A stretch of 63,998 nucleotides of DNA, counting the filler, from Stramenopiles sp. TOSAG23-6 (lineage: Eukaryota), in the NCBI GenBank assembly GCA_900128565.1. It is 24 parts of 24 records of this genome, joined end to end, with 100 filler letters (N's around TTAATTAATTAA, not from the genome) between each part and the next. Parts side by side here need not be neighbours in the genome. Positions count along the whole stretch, not along the records: positions 50,818 to 53,377 come from LT637954.1; positions 53,478 to 56,036 come from LT637955.1; positions 56,137 to 58,694 come from LT637956.1; positions 58,795 to 61,352 come from LT637957.1; positions 61,453 to 63,998 come from LT637970.1; 19 more parts are not named here. One strand, given 5' to 3'. This document shows, one piece after another, positions 52,117 through 63,998 of this stretch. Under the pieces are notes generated by a model. That model was not told the DNA's origin. It was given only the letters and a program-made list of their open reading frames with translations, and did no database searches. A program made the translations under genes and the position numbers. The first letter of the stretch is position 1; each line of letters opens with the position of its first letter.

Positions 52117-53274
52117 TTATAGAAAAGCCAATCCTTCATATTTTGCTTTTGATACATGAATAAACATAGGTTCAGTGTAAAAATTACCAGAGAGATCAAA
52201 AATACATAATTTTGTATGAGTTTTTTGATTATTATTTTCATCAGTAACTTCTCTAACTTTTAATGCCATGAATAAATTAACTTTCATTTTACTATTCGTT
52301 TTACTGGTATAGAGACCTGGTAACTGCTTTACCTCTGTAAAACCATATTCATGTTCTAAAGGTCCTAAATGACTAACACTTATGATATTACTAAATTCAT
52401 CAGTAATTAGTAAAAGATTAGATCCAAATAATTCATCATCTTTAGGAGAATATCCTACAGTCTGACTTGATTTCCTTGGTAAAATAATCCATTGTCTACT
52501 TTCAGGGTACCAGTGAAGAGCCTCGTGCCAAAGATATCCATCAGGATATGTTGTATTTGTTGCCTTTCGAAGGGATTCATAAAAATAATTCCAATTCTCA
52601 GCACGGAGTTTTCCATCTTTGGATAAAATTTTTACCCACACAGCATTTCGGTGTAATACATCACCTAAAGCTGTTACCCATTCCTTGCCAATTGAACCTA
52701 TAATGAGCTCGCCATCTTTTACGGAAGCCCACTCTGCTTTCATCCCTTTGGTTGATAAATGTGTTTTTGCGTCAGAGATACTTTCAGGCTCAGCACCGTC
52801 TCTGAGTACACGATCAGGATATGCAACGACTTTTTCATGCTTTTCTTGTATATTATTTGTGTCTCCCCCCACTACAATGCGGTACAAAATTCCGGTATAA
52901 TCACAGACAGAAAAGAGAGATCCGTGAAAGTTAGCGAGAGAGCTTAACTCCATTGAGCGATTTTTACGAGATATATTTGAATAAATATTAGTTGAATTTA
53001 GCCACTTGACTTGGAAAAAACCATTCGACTTTCGAACTAGTTTTCCTTGTTTGAGGATTGAATTCCACTGATAACGATTTGGGTGCTTTGATTGCTCGTC
53101 TAAATCTGCAACTAACGCAAATGTTACTTCACCTTGATTAATCTGTATTGATGCACCATCCACAGTGAAAATACTAGACAATAACGCAGTCTTATTCAAG
53201 CTTACCCAGTGAATCATTACAGCTAGTAATACAAATGCGATAATATCAAAGAGTACTCTATAGACTGTATTCAT
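52117..53274 (-). CDS. Calcium-activated nucleotidase/apyrase (CANT1 family)
   Basis: ADLD, RSMELS, KGMKAEWASVKD, GSIGKEW, GYLWHEA, LPRK. Confidence 0.92.
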   Translation of the reverse strand: MNTVYRVLFDIIAFVLLAVMIHWVSLNKTALLSSIFTVDGASIQINQGEVTFALVADLDEQSKHPNRYQWNSILKQGKLVRKSNGFFQVKWLNSTNIYSNISRKNRSMELSSLANFHGSLFSVCDYTGILYRIVVGGDTNNIQEKHEKVVAYPDRVLRDGAEPESISDAKTHLSTKGMKAEWASVKDGELIIGSIGKEWVTALGDVLHRNAVWVKILSKDGKLRAENWNYFYESLRKATNTTYPDGYLWHEALHWYPESRQWIILPRKSSQTVGYSPKDDELFGSNLLLITDEFSNIISVSHLGPLEHEYGFTEVKQLPGLYTSKTNSKMKVNLFMALKVREVTDENNNQKTHTKLCIFDLSGNFYTEPMFIHVSKAKYEGLAFL

Positions 53275-53479
53275 CCTCTTTAAATGATGAGAATCTTAAA
53301 TATTTGATGCAGTATTTGTATGATGATAAGCCCTTCTGAGATTTTTGAGATCATCCGATCATATGTTCATCGATACCNNNNNNNNNNNNNNNNNNNNNNN
53401 NNNNNNNNNNNNNNNNNNNNNTTAATTAATTAANNNNNNNNNNNNNNNNNNNNNNNNNNNNNNNNNNNNNNNNNNNNCC

Positions 53480-54016
53480 CTTGGGCTGGGGCTAGTCCCT
53501 TACCGCCAGCGTTTGTTGCAGCAGCGGCGTGCTTTTTTGCTTGATTCCCGCTTAAGGCGCAAGGGCTTACACTTGCTACCCTACCTCTTAGTTCGTAATC
53601 CTGGCTTGTCGGTCCTTAGCCAAACCACTGACCAGGTTTACCAGAGCACACTCCCCGCATTGATAAGGTACGGGCTCGTCACACCTAAATGACGCTTTGA
53701 TCATAGAAAAGTGCCGATAACGTTTTGAGACCGTCTTGATTGGGTTGCTGGTGCGCCGGCTCTGTCCAGCAGTCAAGCGCTAACCATTTCACACGCTTAC
53801 GAGCGTGCAACTCCGGGTTGAGGCGACTCTTTCCTTTCGATAGGCGAGGTTTGGCATGTTATGGAGGTGTTGAGCCAATCTTCGGGCCTTTTTTATGTAC
53901 GACGAGTTCAGAGAAGGCTCCTCTCATGGGGTTGCTTTAAGTCGGTGGGCTTTCTTTGTGGGCTCAACTATAACTGAGGTTGGTGTGCAGAACTTTATGC
54001 TCTACTCTCCTTTTAA
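53480..54016 (+). CDS. Unknown ORF, open only with TGA=Trp (5' partial)
   Basis: Four in-frame TGA, no TAA/TAG until 54014. Confidence 0.55.
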
Positions 54017-55061
54017 GCAGCACCCTCTGACCTACTACGCAGGCTCTATGTTCTACCCCACCCCATTCCGACACATTCGGTCAGAAAGCGAAGATAACTA
54101 CGATATGTGTCGTATAGGGAGATGAGATTTTGACATAGAAACGCGAAGAGTTGTTGTGTCTGAATTTAATGGCCGTTTTGGTTGAGAACCGTTTTCTAAG
54201 GGCGTTTACCAATATAAGGGTTTTAGTATCCCAAACTACGAACGTTACATTTTATGCGATCTACCAAGCCTCGAGAGCTTTATAAAGTACGCCACAAATG
54301 GTAGTGGGGTTTCGGCTGAGTTCGAACGCTATTCTGGTTCTGTGTGGGGGCGGTCTCAGGCAAGTAAAAGGTTGCGATTGCCTACGCCGGCCCTTAGGCT
54401 TCCGGTGGCTAGTTGAAAGGCCCGGTACGGAGTTTACCACGGTGTGGGTCTACCTCGAATCGTCCTCAAAAGGCTGCGTCGCGCTTGTTTAGACGCTGCC
54501 CAAGACTTTGATCTAAAATCTAAAGCTTACTGAGAGCTTATACACCTTCAACGAGGGGCGCACGCTGGATTGTCAAAGCACCGTACAAGTCCCTCTCAGT
54601 GGTCTCGCTTCTTTGACTGAAATAGTGTGCTTTTAGGGTCCGGCCGGGAAAGGTACCCGCCCTGGAGACGGCTGTACTTGTACGATCTTCCCCAGTGGGG
54701 CGGGGGCCGTCAATCTTCATTTGAGAGTCTTGCGCGTGCTAGCACCGTAAAAACTTGGGCAATTACCCTGAGTTTTTGGGCGGTGTGGGTCAGCTTGTTC
54801 GGGTTGCGTGTTAGCGCAGACATGGGCCCAGCTTTTCTTCGCAACCGCCCTGGCCTGGCCCGTACCTACTCTATACGTAAGAAAGGGCGGTGTGTTCCCA
54901 CCTCAAAATCAAGCAAGAAGACCGACGTTTGGGAATTAGGTGAAGACCCTTCAGGGGGCACCCTAGAGTCTGCCTGGCATGTAGACCCCTCACCCTTGGT
55001 TTTTGAGTGGGACTGGGAGTCTTTTTCTGACGGACCCAGTTTATTCTTTTTGATCACGTAG
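53895..55061 (+). CDS. Unknown ORF, open only with TGA=Trp
   Basis: Five in-frame TGA link ORFs 53895 and 54627; ends at TAG. Confidence 0.65.
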
Positions 55062-55117
55062 CGGGTTGCGGCTCCAGTGATGCTACACAGGTGTTGGCTA
55101 GTTAAGGGCCACTCGGG

Positions 55118-56036
55118 GTGCGAGCCCCCGCGCACCTAATGGTGATGATACAGTTAAAAGATAGATTTGCTAGCGCGAGACAAGCGCGTCCAACAAAACT
55201 AAAGTTGTACTCAACCCGTTTCCCCAGGCTTACCAAGTGTGACAGCCACCCGTTGAGTGGGGGTAGGGCGCACCGGCGTTCTGCTTCGTCTAATCCTTTT
55301 GGCCGTTTTGGTAAGCTTGGGAGGCCCAAGCCTCTCTTCCGGTACGACAACGTTCAATTAGCCCTAGGCATACTCGGCCGTGCCCACCAAGAACGGTACG
55401 AGCGTCTTTTTCCTTCTGATCTTGGTCAAATATTATACACCTTTATCGAGCAATTAAAACGGCACGTATCCGTTCGTTATATACTTTTATACACAGTCAC
55501 CCGCGGTCGGTCAGAGGACTGGTTAAGCCCCTCTTTTATTAACCGCCTTGATCCTGAATACGGCCCCTCTTTCCTTGAAGAAGAGTACCTGCGTAGGCGA
55601 GGGTTGGGGCTGGGTGCGGAAGAGGTTGAGTTTGACCCAAACATTGATAGTACTGTGGTTGAGGACTGGGAGGAGGCCCCCACGCGCGGGTTTCCGAGGT
55701 GAGGCAGGCTAAGGACCGGCCAGCGTTTAACCCTGTCGTTGGTTAAATCCTTTTTAAAGTCGGGCTCATTTTATCGGTTGTTTGGCATAGCTGGGCTGCC
55801 CTTAGTTTACCTGGGTTTGTTGGGAGTCCCCCTGCACTCCGCACGAGACACGCGGTGGTTACTAGGCCTTAACCACCACCTGGTGATTCTTCGTGAGGAG
55901 GTGTTGGCGCTGAGCCGTGCGTGTGTCTCGCGGCCTGCTCAAGTAAGGGTCCTGGCTGAGGTAATTACGTTTCCTCTGGTAGCCGGTTGGGTGCTACTCA
56001 GCCTACCTGTTTGGGTCGCAGGTGGCTTAACGGCGG
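55118..56036 (+). CDS. Unknown ORF, open with TGA=Trp (3' partial)
   Basis: TGA at 55700 links ORFs 55118 and 55739 in the same frame. Confidence 0.55.
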
Positions 56037-56136
56037 NNNNNNNNNNNNNNNNNNNNNNNNNNNNNNNNNNNNNNNNNNNNTTAATTAATTAANNNNNNNN
56101 NNNNNNNNNNNNNNNNNNNNNNNNNNNNNNNNNNNN

Positions 56137-56922
56137 ACAATAATACCAAAACCTCCAAGGAGAGAGCGATATAAAGCATGGTATGAAAAAAAAGTTGTAT
56201 CAACGATGAAATATCTGCGTGCTAATTTTGAGAGGTTTGATGCGAAAATTTGTGTGAAAACTTTAATTGGTCACCAGTCTGTTGTGTCAAGTGTTTGTGT
56301 CAGTCCTGATAGTGTATACATTGCAACTGGATCGCACGACAAAACAATCAGGATATGGTTAATAAAAAAAAGATATAAGTGCAAATGTATTCTTATAGGT
56401 CACAAAAAAGAAGTAATGGAAGTAAAGGTGAGTCATTGTTCAAAATTTATAGCATCAGCCTCTTGGGACAAAACTGTTCGGCTCTGGACTTTTATAAATG
56501 GACGCTGTATCCACATTTTCCGTGGTCATAGAAAGAAAGTTTTAACTGTAGACTTTTCCGATGATACATCACTTTTAGCATCTGGAGATATGAACTCTAA
56601 AGTTATATTATGGAATGTTGACAATTATATTAACCCGAGGAAAAGAAAAAAAAAAGAAATTGCTCACATTTACGACCGAGGCCAAAATGGATTCATTTAT
56701 TGTGTCCGTTTTTCACCAAATGGGGGACATTTTCTTGCAACGGCAGCGGGAGATTATACAATACGTCTATATACTGGGAAAGTATGGTTTACAAATAGTT
56801 CAAAGAGAGAGCATTTAGTAACTTTTGTTTCACATTGGGGACCTGTCACAAGTTTGGCATTTTCTCCAGATACAAAACTTCGTGTTTTGAAGGATGGAAA
56901 AGCGTGTGGAGGTTGCATTTGA
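56137..56922 (+). CDS. WD40 repeat protein fragment
   Basis: GHQSVV..ATGSHDKTIRIW, GHKKEV..ASASWDKTVRLW. Confidence 0.85.
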   Translation, partial: TIIPKPPRRERYKAWYEKKVVSTMKYLRANFERFDAKICVKTLIGHQSVVSSVCVSPDSVYIATGSHDKTIRIWLIKKRYKCKCILIGHKKEVMEVKVSHCSKFIASASWDKTVRLWTFINGRCIHIFRGHRKKVLTVDFSDDTSLLASGDMNSKVILWNVDNYINPRKRKKKEIAHIYDRGQNGFIYCVRFSPNGGHFLATAAGDYTIRLYTGKVWFTNSSKREHLVTFVSHWGPVTSLAFSPDTKLRVLKDGKACGGCI

Positions 56923-58694
56923 TTTAATCTCCGTCCTGCATAAAAAGGTATCACGTAGTAGAAAGTTATTAACGGGTGAACAAGATGCAAGAGAAAAGAA
57001 AGAAATGAAACAAAGAGAAATTTGGCAAACGTCTACACTTATGCCAACTCGACAAATGTTCGATTCTTTGGCTGATCTAATAGAAACGGATGAGCATGGT
57101 CTGAGTAACAGTAAGTCAGTAGCGCATCATATGAGTACATCACGGGCAGCGTTAGCAGATGCAGAATATCTTGCATCACAGAGTGTCGACACATCAAATG
57201 ATATTAAAACAGATAGAGGTTTGCAATGGATTGAACAAAAGGTAAAGTATGCAGTACAAACTGTTCAAGATGCATATGATATTATACATTCTGAGAGAGA
57301 TGCTGTAGCAAATGCATATAATCACCGTGCTGATAATGAGCAGAAAAAACGCGCCGAAATTAATATGAATGTAGTTTCGCCTGCTCGAGAAATGTTAGCC
57401 ACTACTATAGGTATTGTCAATCGAAGTACACATGGATTAGGTGATCTTACGATTGTAGCAAATGCATTGATAGCAGCAAAAAAAGCTACTCAATCGGCAA
57501 CATCACGCGTAATGGAGCAAGTGGATATGACAGATGACGCAGCAGCTATTGATGGTCTTAAAACATGCGAAGCTCAGGCAACACTTGCAACACAAAATGT
57601 TAATATGTTTTCGAATATCGTATCTCGCTTAGATATTTGTGCTGCAACTCTTACAATGGAAAGAGTGGAGAAATCTTTATTAGAGCATGAGGATTTTGGA
57701 CTTCGACGAGTTCCTGAAGTTGATTGGGCCGTGCAGGCAGCATCTGATTCTATAGAATTAGCACTCAAATTATTACCAAAGATTGATGGTAATGTTGGTG
57801 TAGATGAAGCATCAGTAGCTGTAATGGCTGCTATTGAAAAATCCAACCATGCAAATGAAATGACATCGAAACACAGACAACAAGTTCAAGATGCACATGC
57901 AACGCGTAAGCAACGAGACGATATTGTACGCAGTGAACTCAAAGAAATTATTAATACCTCTTTAACATGCGCCAAGAATTTATCAATGGAATATTTACAA
58001 CGTAGACGAACTTGTGGCTTATCTGCTACGTCTCCGCTTTCAGAACTAAGTGAAAAATTGCGAGAAGCACATCGAAATCTAGAAGACGCACAACATGATG
58101 TTTTACAAACTAGTGATTTATCATCTGATAAAGTAGCCGATGATGAATTGAATAGATTGCGACAAAACATTTCAGATGTTACGTCTACAGCAGATACCGT
58201 AGTAAAATTAGCCGAGGAAAGTTTACGTAGGTTTGATCAAGAAGTAAGTAGAAGGGTCCAAAGAGACAATGATGAACGTGGTGCTCTAAAGCAGGCATTA
58301 GTTGAGGCTGAACGTCTTCTAGCTAATCTGGATGCTCAACTTGTAGCGCATAGCCACCTAAATATTCACCAAAACCCTAGAGTTAGTGCCGCTATTGAAT
58401 CATGTAGAGCTCCTTTGGAACGTGCATTGGAAGCAGTCAGTGTTGTTGTCGATATGAGTTCCGATACAACTGTAGAGAATGCACTCCAAAGTCTTGGAAA
58501 TCAAGTCCAATCTGTTGTTGAACAAATAAATTCAGCAAAGCAAGTGGCAACTAATGAGTTATCTTCACAGCAACTAGCATTTGAAGCTCGCGTAGTTGCC
58601 GATAAGGCGACTCGTGCAAGATTAGCAAGTAAATTACAACCATCCAGGGAGTCGCTAGAAAATGTAGAAAACATGTTGAAAATAAATGCTCCAT
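56894..58694 (+). CDS. Large alpha-helical/coiled-coil protein fragment
   Basis: 600-codon A/E/D-rich ORF. Confidence 0.65.
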
Positions 58695-58933
58695 NNNNNN
58701 NNNNNNNNNNNNNNNNNNNNNNNNNNNNNNNNNNNNNNTTAATTAATTAANNNNNNNNNNNNNNNNNNNNNNNNNNNNNNNNNNNNNNNNNNNNAAAAAT
58801 ATTTAAAAAAATTTTGAAAAAAATTTGTTAGGTAAAAAAAAGTTTGAAAAAAATTTAAAAAAAAAATTCATACAAAAAAAAAAAAAAATGTTAGGTACAA
58901 AATTTCGTACAAAAAAAATAAAATAAAACATAC

Positions 58934-59162
58934 ATCCTTTTAATTCACCAGATTTTCCAAAATAATTTATACCTACAAACAAAGCTTTACGTTTACCAGA
59001 AGACGGCATAAATTCCTGCCATGAGAATGATGGTGCAGGACCAGCTGGTGTTAGAGATGTATATGAGTGACCAGCATGTATTGTAATGAAAATATCATAC
59101 AAATTGAAATATGTTGGGTACAACTTTTTTTTTTCTAAAAAAAAAAAAAAAAAAATATTTTG

Positions 59163-59198
<36 letters not shown>

Positions 59199-59982
59199 TT
59201 TTCTCAGAAAAAAAAAATACATATTATTCCAATGTTCAAAGCCAACAAAATGTTTTTCATTTACCGTTTGAAAATTCATCAATCGGCTAAGAAGAATATC
59301 TTCACCTTCATCAAGCTCCTCATCTAATAATTGCAACCATTGAGTCCAAGGTAACTTATTTTCTTTGGAATGTTGAAGAATTTCTTCAGCCGTGCTTTCA
59401 TAACCACGTAAAGGCTCAAATGCAGCATCTGCTATAATTGGTTGTTGTTGATGTTGCACAGAAGATGACGTATATGTTTGAGGAATAGGTGGAGGTATTT
59501 GAGACGCTCCTCCAGGAATTACAAATGTAATACGACCAAGAGGTGAATTCGGTGAACCTCCTCGTGCTACCATTAGCATGTCATATGTACCAGGGGGTGG
59601 TGTATATTTTGATTCCCATTGAAAACCATTCATTCTTGTGGTTGTTGCACGAAACCAAAAATCTTTATTATACAAACGCGTTGATCCGTGCTGATGAATT
59701 CCAATCCAATAAATATTTGATATATATATATATATATTAATGGTATTATAATGAGAAATACAATCATAATCAATGATGTAAAATACTACAAGGAAGTGTA
59801 AACGAAAACTCAAAAATATGATGGAGAATGATAAAAAACATGACGGTGAATGATAAATAACACGTACACGGACCTTCTTCTCCAGTAGATCTTATCGCAT
59901 TTCTAGGTAAAGAAAAACTTACAGTAGATGACCAACGTACGTTGGAAGACATCCCTGGATTAGCAAAATCAAAGTGAACCAT
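58934..59982 (-). CDS. Metacaspase with N-terminal extension, 5' part, multi-exon
   Basis: SGKRKALFVGINYFGKSGELKGC ending at donor AT|GTATG (58933). Confidence 0.8.
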
Positions 59983-60297
59983 TGTTGTATATTGTTTATG
60001 AATTATAATGAATCGATATCGAGAAAATAAAAAACTCTAAAAAACTCGTCTTCGAATTTTGGTTTGATGGATTTTTGAATTTGAAAAAAAAATTGAAAAA
60101 AATGGCCAGCAGCTTTATCCCGAGTTTCATAGGTACAAAATTTCCTATGAAAAAAACACCAGCGTTCCAACAACAAATGCGGTCAAAACAACAACATCTC
60201 CAAATTAATTTTGACTTACCGAAAACAACAAAAAACTTTTTCAAAGAAAGCAGTGAAAGAAAGATTACTATTACAAATATTGTTTATTGTATATAGC

Positions 60298-61286
60298 ATG
60301 ACATCTACGGAGTCGTCATCAATGAATGATCCATTAACAGACAAATGTGATGATAATGTCAATTCTTTTTTTTGTCGCCTTGATAGTGCTAAAATATTAG
60401 TCGATGTTTTATCGTCAATCCGAAGTAGTGAACGAGATGCAAGCCAACGAGTTTTATGTCGAGTTGATTCCGAGGGGTTGATGTTCCAGGTGGAAGGTAC
60501 TGCAAAATGCATTCAAGCGACTTCAAATTTACAAGCATCAAATATGATTGAATTTACTTTAAATGGACCTGAAGATGGCTTTGCAATTAGACTTTCTTTA
60601 GTTCTTTTACTACAATGTTTACAAGTATTTGGATCATCAAATCTTCGCACAACATCTCTTAGTATGTCTTGTGACGCTAACTCTGACTCGTTTCACATAC
60701 AATTACAGGAAGATGATATTATCACTGAATGTAGTCTATGTACTCTCTTTGGTGAGGAGAGTGAAGTCGATTTCGTATCAGATTTTCGATCATCCGAAGT
60801 GATTTCCAAAGCCATTATTAAATCAAAATATTTAAAAGACGCATTTCAAGAGTTAGCCGAGACTCCAGGAGCTGCTACAATTAGCATTCGCATGTCACCA
60901 AATGAACCAAACTTTCGTATGAGTGCATATGGTTCAAATGGTAGTTGTTTTATAGATTTCCCTAGTTCATCTGAATCTTTTGTTTTATTTGAAGCAAAAT
61001 ATAATCAATCTACTCGGTATGTTTTTGTCGTAGTAAATTTTGTACCTAACAAAAAAAAAAAAAAAATCAATAATTTTTTTTCGTACGAAATTTTGTACCT
61101 AACGAAAAAAACTTTAAAATTTTCTTAAAAAATAAATGTATCGTCTTTCTTTCCTTCAACATGCTTTTCGTGGATTACCTCTTGCTGAAGAAACATATAT
61201 ACGTGTGAATGAAGATGGATTATTATGTGTTCAACATCAAATTCAGTGTACATATGATACTAAAGTGTTTATTGATTTTTTTATCC
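60298..61286 (+). CDS. RAD1: 9-1-1 checkpoint clamp subunit RAD1; intron 61017-61137, 3' partial
   Basis: GLMFQVEGTAKCIQA, LLQCLQVFG, MSPNEPNFRMSAYG..IDFP, R|YRLSFL..IRVNEDGLLCVQH. Confidence 0.88.
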
Positions 61287-61505
61287 GTAGGTTTTTTTTA
61301 TTTTTTACCAAACTTTTTTTTTTTTTTTTTTTTTTTGGTTTCGTACGAAATTNNNNNNNNNNNNNNNNNNNNNNNNNNNNNNNNNNNNNNNNNNNNTTAA
61401 TTAATTAANNNNNNNNNNNNNNNNNNNNNNNNNNNNNNNNNNNNNNNNNNNNTACGAAATTTTGTACCTAACGATTTTTTTTTGAAATATTTTTCCAAAA
61501 TACAT

Positions 61506-61851
61506 TGCACTTGGTCTCACTGATATTTTTATTGAGGCTAAACCGATGGATGTTGATAAATGGGAAAAGCAACGCCAGCCTAGTAGAGTAAACATGAGCG
61601 AAATTGCACCAACTGTTGCTAGGAGTAGAAAATTGCTTTTACAGGCACATATGGGTAAAGATGCGTATTTTGCAAGTCATCGCATCGAAACGCAAGAGTT
61701 GGATGCTTTGAGAAAATCGAGGGAAAATGCAGCTGAAAAGGATAAATTATGGAATCCACAATTTGGAACATTACCGTCCGTGGATGATGATGATTTTCAT
61801 GAAACAAAGGATGGAAATAATACTTCAGATTCTATGGAAATTGATGAATGA
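61506..61851 (+). CDS. Last exon of an unidentified gene
   Basis: Open frame after the AATACAT acceptor at 61505. Confidence 0.5.
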
Positions 61852-61896
61852 ATAATAAATTAGACTGTTTGTTTTATCTTCAACCTATTTTATTGT

Positions 61897-62412
61897 TTAT
61901 ACACAATACACACCGTCTGCTGGCGATTTGCTTTCTGCGACAGTCCATATAGGTTCCATACAAGCAGTGATTGCAGGTGGCAAACCCAGTTTTATATTAA
62001 GTCCTACTAATTTCATTTGAGCCTCCTCAATGGCACCGTCGCATTCAGTAATACTAATGAGAGCACGGACACAAAATTTGCAGACACGAGATATTGAGTC
62101 ATTCATAACATCCCGTAGCTGATCACAAGATAAATTTTGAAATTTTTCAATCAATAGGTTTGCGGATGGAGGAGTGGACATAGTCACATGAAACCCGTTA
62201 ACTTTATATCCACACCTCTCCAGCACTGGGCGGACGTTTTTTGCAACTGAAAGGAAACTAATGAACTTTTTCTTCGCAAAAGGTGTTGTTTTGTCCGAAA
62301 TTCCTTCAAAAATTGAGTTTTTCGCACTTGTAACAGTGTCACCAGCTTTACTAATATTTGAGCTTATTTTTCTGGTAACTTTAGAAGTCACATTTTTCCC
62401 TTTGGAGATCAT
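61897..62412 (-). CDS. Hypothetical protein
   Basis: 171 aa ORF. Confidence 0.5.
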   Translation of the reverse strand: MISKGKNVTSKVTRKISSNISKAGDTVTSAKNSIFEGISDKTTPFAKKKFISFLSVAKNVRPVLERCGYKVNGFHVTMSTPPSANLLIEKFQNLSCDQLRDVMNDSISRVCKFCVRALISITECDGAIEEAQMKLVGLNIKLGLPPAITACMEPIWTVAESKSPADGVYCV

Positions 62413-62763
62413 TATCAGCTTTGTTAGCCTTTCGCTTTCTTCCTAATGATTAGAATACTATAGTACTGTGGGCTACATGTACTATATTTGGCTATATGTA
62501 AGACACNTTTTTNACAGNTAAATAACCGTCCATCATCAGTTACAAATTGTCTTTCCACGAATTTTCTACGTATAGTTACATACACAATAATAGTAGGGGG
62601 TATATTTACTTTTTGTTGTGTTATTTACGACTATTATCTACCCTTCTGAGTGAAATCTACAGTATAATATCCGATCCATACATTTATAGGTTTGTAGGTG
62701 TAGAGAAAGCAAAGGAAATAACTTGGAGTCTTTGAAAGTTTTAACGACAAGTTTGAATAATTA

Positions 62764-63998
62764 ATGGCCACAGATTTCTCTGGTAGTCCAAAGTCAAGTC
62801 CGGCTTCACCCCGAAGCCAAACAGAAAGTATCGAACAAAGTGACCATTCACATCGAAAACTTTCGTTAGATTCTTCATTATCTATGGAAAATGTATATGA
62901 ATGTGATGCTGAGGGTTGTCATTTTGAAGGTGGATTTGACCAGGTTGCTTCCCATGAAAAAGAATGTAAGTTTTTCTTAAGAAGCATCGATAATGATGAA
63001 ATAGATTCTCAAAAAACCTCCACGGAAACAATTGAACAAAACATAGATATAAGATCTGTCCAATGGCTTGTATATCAAGATAAAAATAGTGGATCACATT
63101 TTTATTATAACTTATTTACGAGTGAATCTCAGTGGAAAGCACCACCAGAAGGCACTTATATGACAAAGGAGAACTATGATAAAGCACTTTTAGAATACAA
63201 AAAAAAACAAGCAATAACTGAAGAAGAATACCTGAAACATAGGGTTGCATTAGAAAAGGTCCATGCTGTACTTCCTGGTAGCATTGTTAATCATAATAGG
63301 CACAGAAAATCCTTGGTCAATGTTTTGTCGACGTTACCTGGTAATATAGATAATCACAGGAAACATAGAAATTCTTTTAGTGGAGTATTAGAAAACGTAA
63401 AACAAATAGATAAAAATATTCCACCTTTTTCAATTGAGAAACAAACTGATATAACAAAAGATTTTCATGCCAGAACAAATAGTCCCAAAGATACCTTGCA
63501 TAAAGCTAGATTAGATAAAAATGCAAATGTTCAACTAAATACATTCCAACGCCACCAACTTAGCACAAAAGATTCTCAGCGTCGTGTCTCTTTAGCGTCA
63601 GCTACATCTGTCGATAGTATTTATACATGTGAAAGTTCACAATGTAACTTTGAAGGATGTTTGGGAGACGTCACAGAACACGAAAAACAATGTTCTCGCT
63701 ATTTATTTGAACATTCAAACGAAACAAGTGAACACGTTAATAGAATAGCGACTGACACAGCCAAAATGCTAATTGAATCCAGTATATTGGACGATAAAAC
63801 ATTGGATACCATACCTATGGGAGATGATGTTTCTTCAGAATCGAATAAATTAGATGGAAATATATTAGATACTATACCGATAGAAGAAGATAATTCTTCT
63901 TTGATAAGAAAGAGTTCTTTAGAAGGTAACTTATTAGATAATTTAGCTTTGCAAGAAGAAAATGTTTCTTTAGATTCGAATAAATTAGATGGAAATGC
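62764..63998 (+). CDS. Protein with two CxxxxC..H..C zinc-finger-like motifs, a WW domain and LQEEN repeats; runs off the window
   Basis: YECDAEGCHFEG..HEKEC; WLVYQDKNSGSHFYYNLFTSESQWKAP; absent from the ORF track because it has no stop in the window. Confidence 0.75.
   Translation, partial: MATDFSGSPKSSPASPRSQTESIEQSDHSHRKLSLDSSLSMENVYECDAEGCHFEGGFDQVASHEKECKFFLRSIDNDEIDSQKTSTETIEQNIDIRSVQWLVYQDKNSGSHFYYNLFTSESQWKAPPEGTYMTKENYDKALLEYKKKQAITEEEYLKHRVALEKVHAVLPGSIVNHNRHRKSLVNVLSTLPGNIDNHRKHRNSFSGVLENVKQIDKNIPPFSIEKQTDITKDFHARTNSPKDTLHKARLDKNANVQLNTFQRHQLSTKDSQRRVSLASATSVDSIYTCESSQCNFEGCLGDVTEHEKQCSRYLFEHSNETSEHVNRIATDTAKMLIESSILDDKTLDTIPMGDDVSSESNKLDGNILDTIPIEEDNSSLIRKSSLEGNLLDNLALQEENVSLDSNKLDGN

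Noticed and set aside
50818-53377. 55-bp terminal inverted repeats (50818-50872, 53323-53377) around ALG2 and apyrase, resembling a transposon or nanochromosome
   Set aside because: The length equals a common assembler k-mer, the repeat truncates ALG2 mid-gene and there is no transposase; an inversion chimera is more likely
56880-56922. Overlapping WD40 and coiled-coil genes, operon-like
   Set aside because: The WD repeat breaks mid-blade at the junction, suggesting a chimeric join
59076-59220. Metacaspase intron as further splice-site evidence
   Set aside because: Donor and TACAT acceptor phases disagree, and the interior homopolymers may join two different introns, so it was not used as support

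Overview
The window is not one locus. It holds about 24 short contigs (~2.6 kb each) joined by artificial N50-TTAATTAATTAA-N linkers, from an AT-rich flagellated eukaryote. It looks like an amplified single-cell protist assembly, with fold-back and triplicated contigs. Recognisable genes include a Rad54-like helicase, CFAP299, pelota, UBC2/Rad6, EIPR1, a ChaC + nucleoside hydrolase fusion, Spo11, a CLN3-like transporter, a SEL1-repeat protein, TMEM256, an ERGIC/PDI-C protein, GST, ABCG, cytochrome b561, a ZGRF1-like helicase, ETF-beta, ALG2, apyrase, metacaspase and RAD1. The main result: essentially every intron I could resolve (~39 donors) belongs to one non-canonical class, about 90-200 nt long. 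Its layout is 5' GTAYG/GTATC + T tract, a conserved palindromic core TTTCGTACGAAATTTYGTACCTAAC, and a 3' end AATACAT, so GT-AT rather than GT-AG. It usually follows an exonic AT, and its ends form an inverted repeat. This points to a divergent spliceosome and/or an intron-generating transposon family. One GC-richer contig (53478-56036) reads as long ORFs only if TGA=Trp and is probably foreign organellar DNA.
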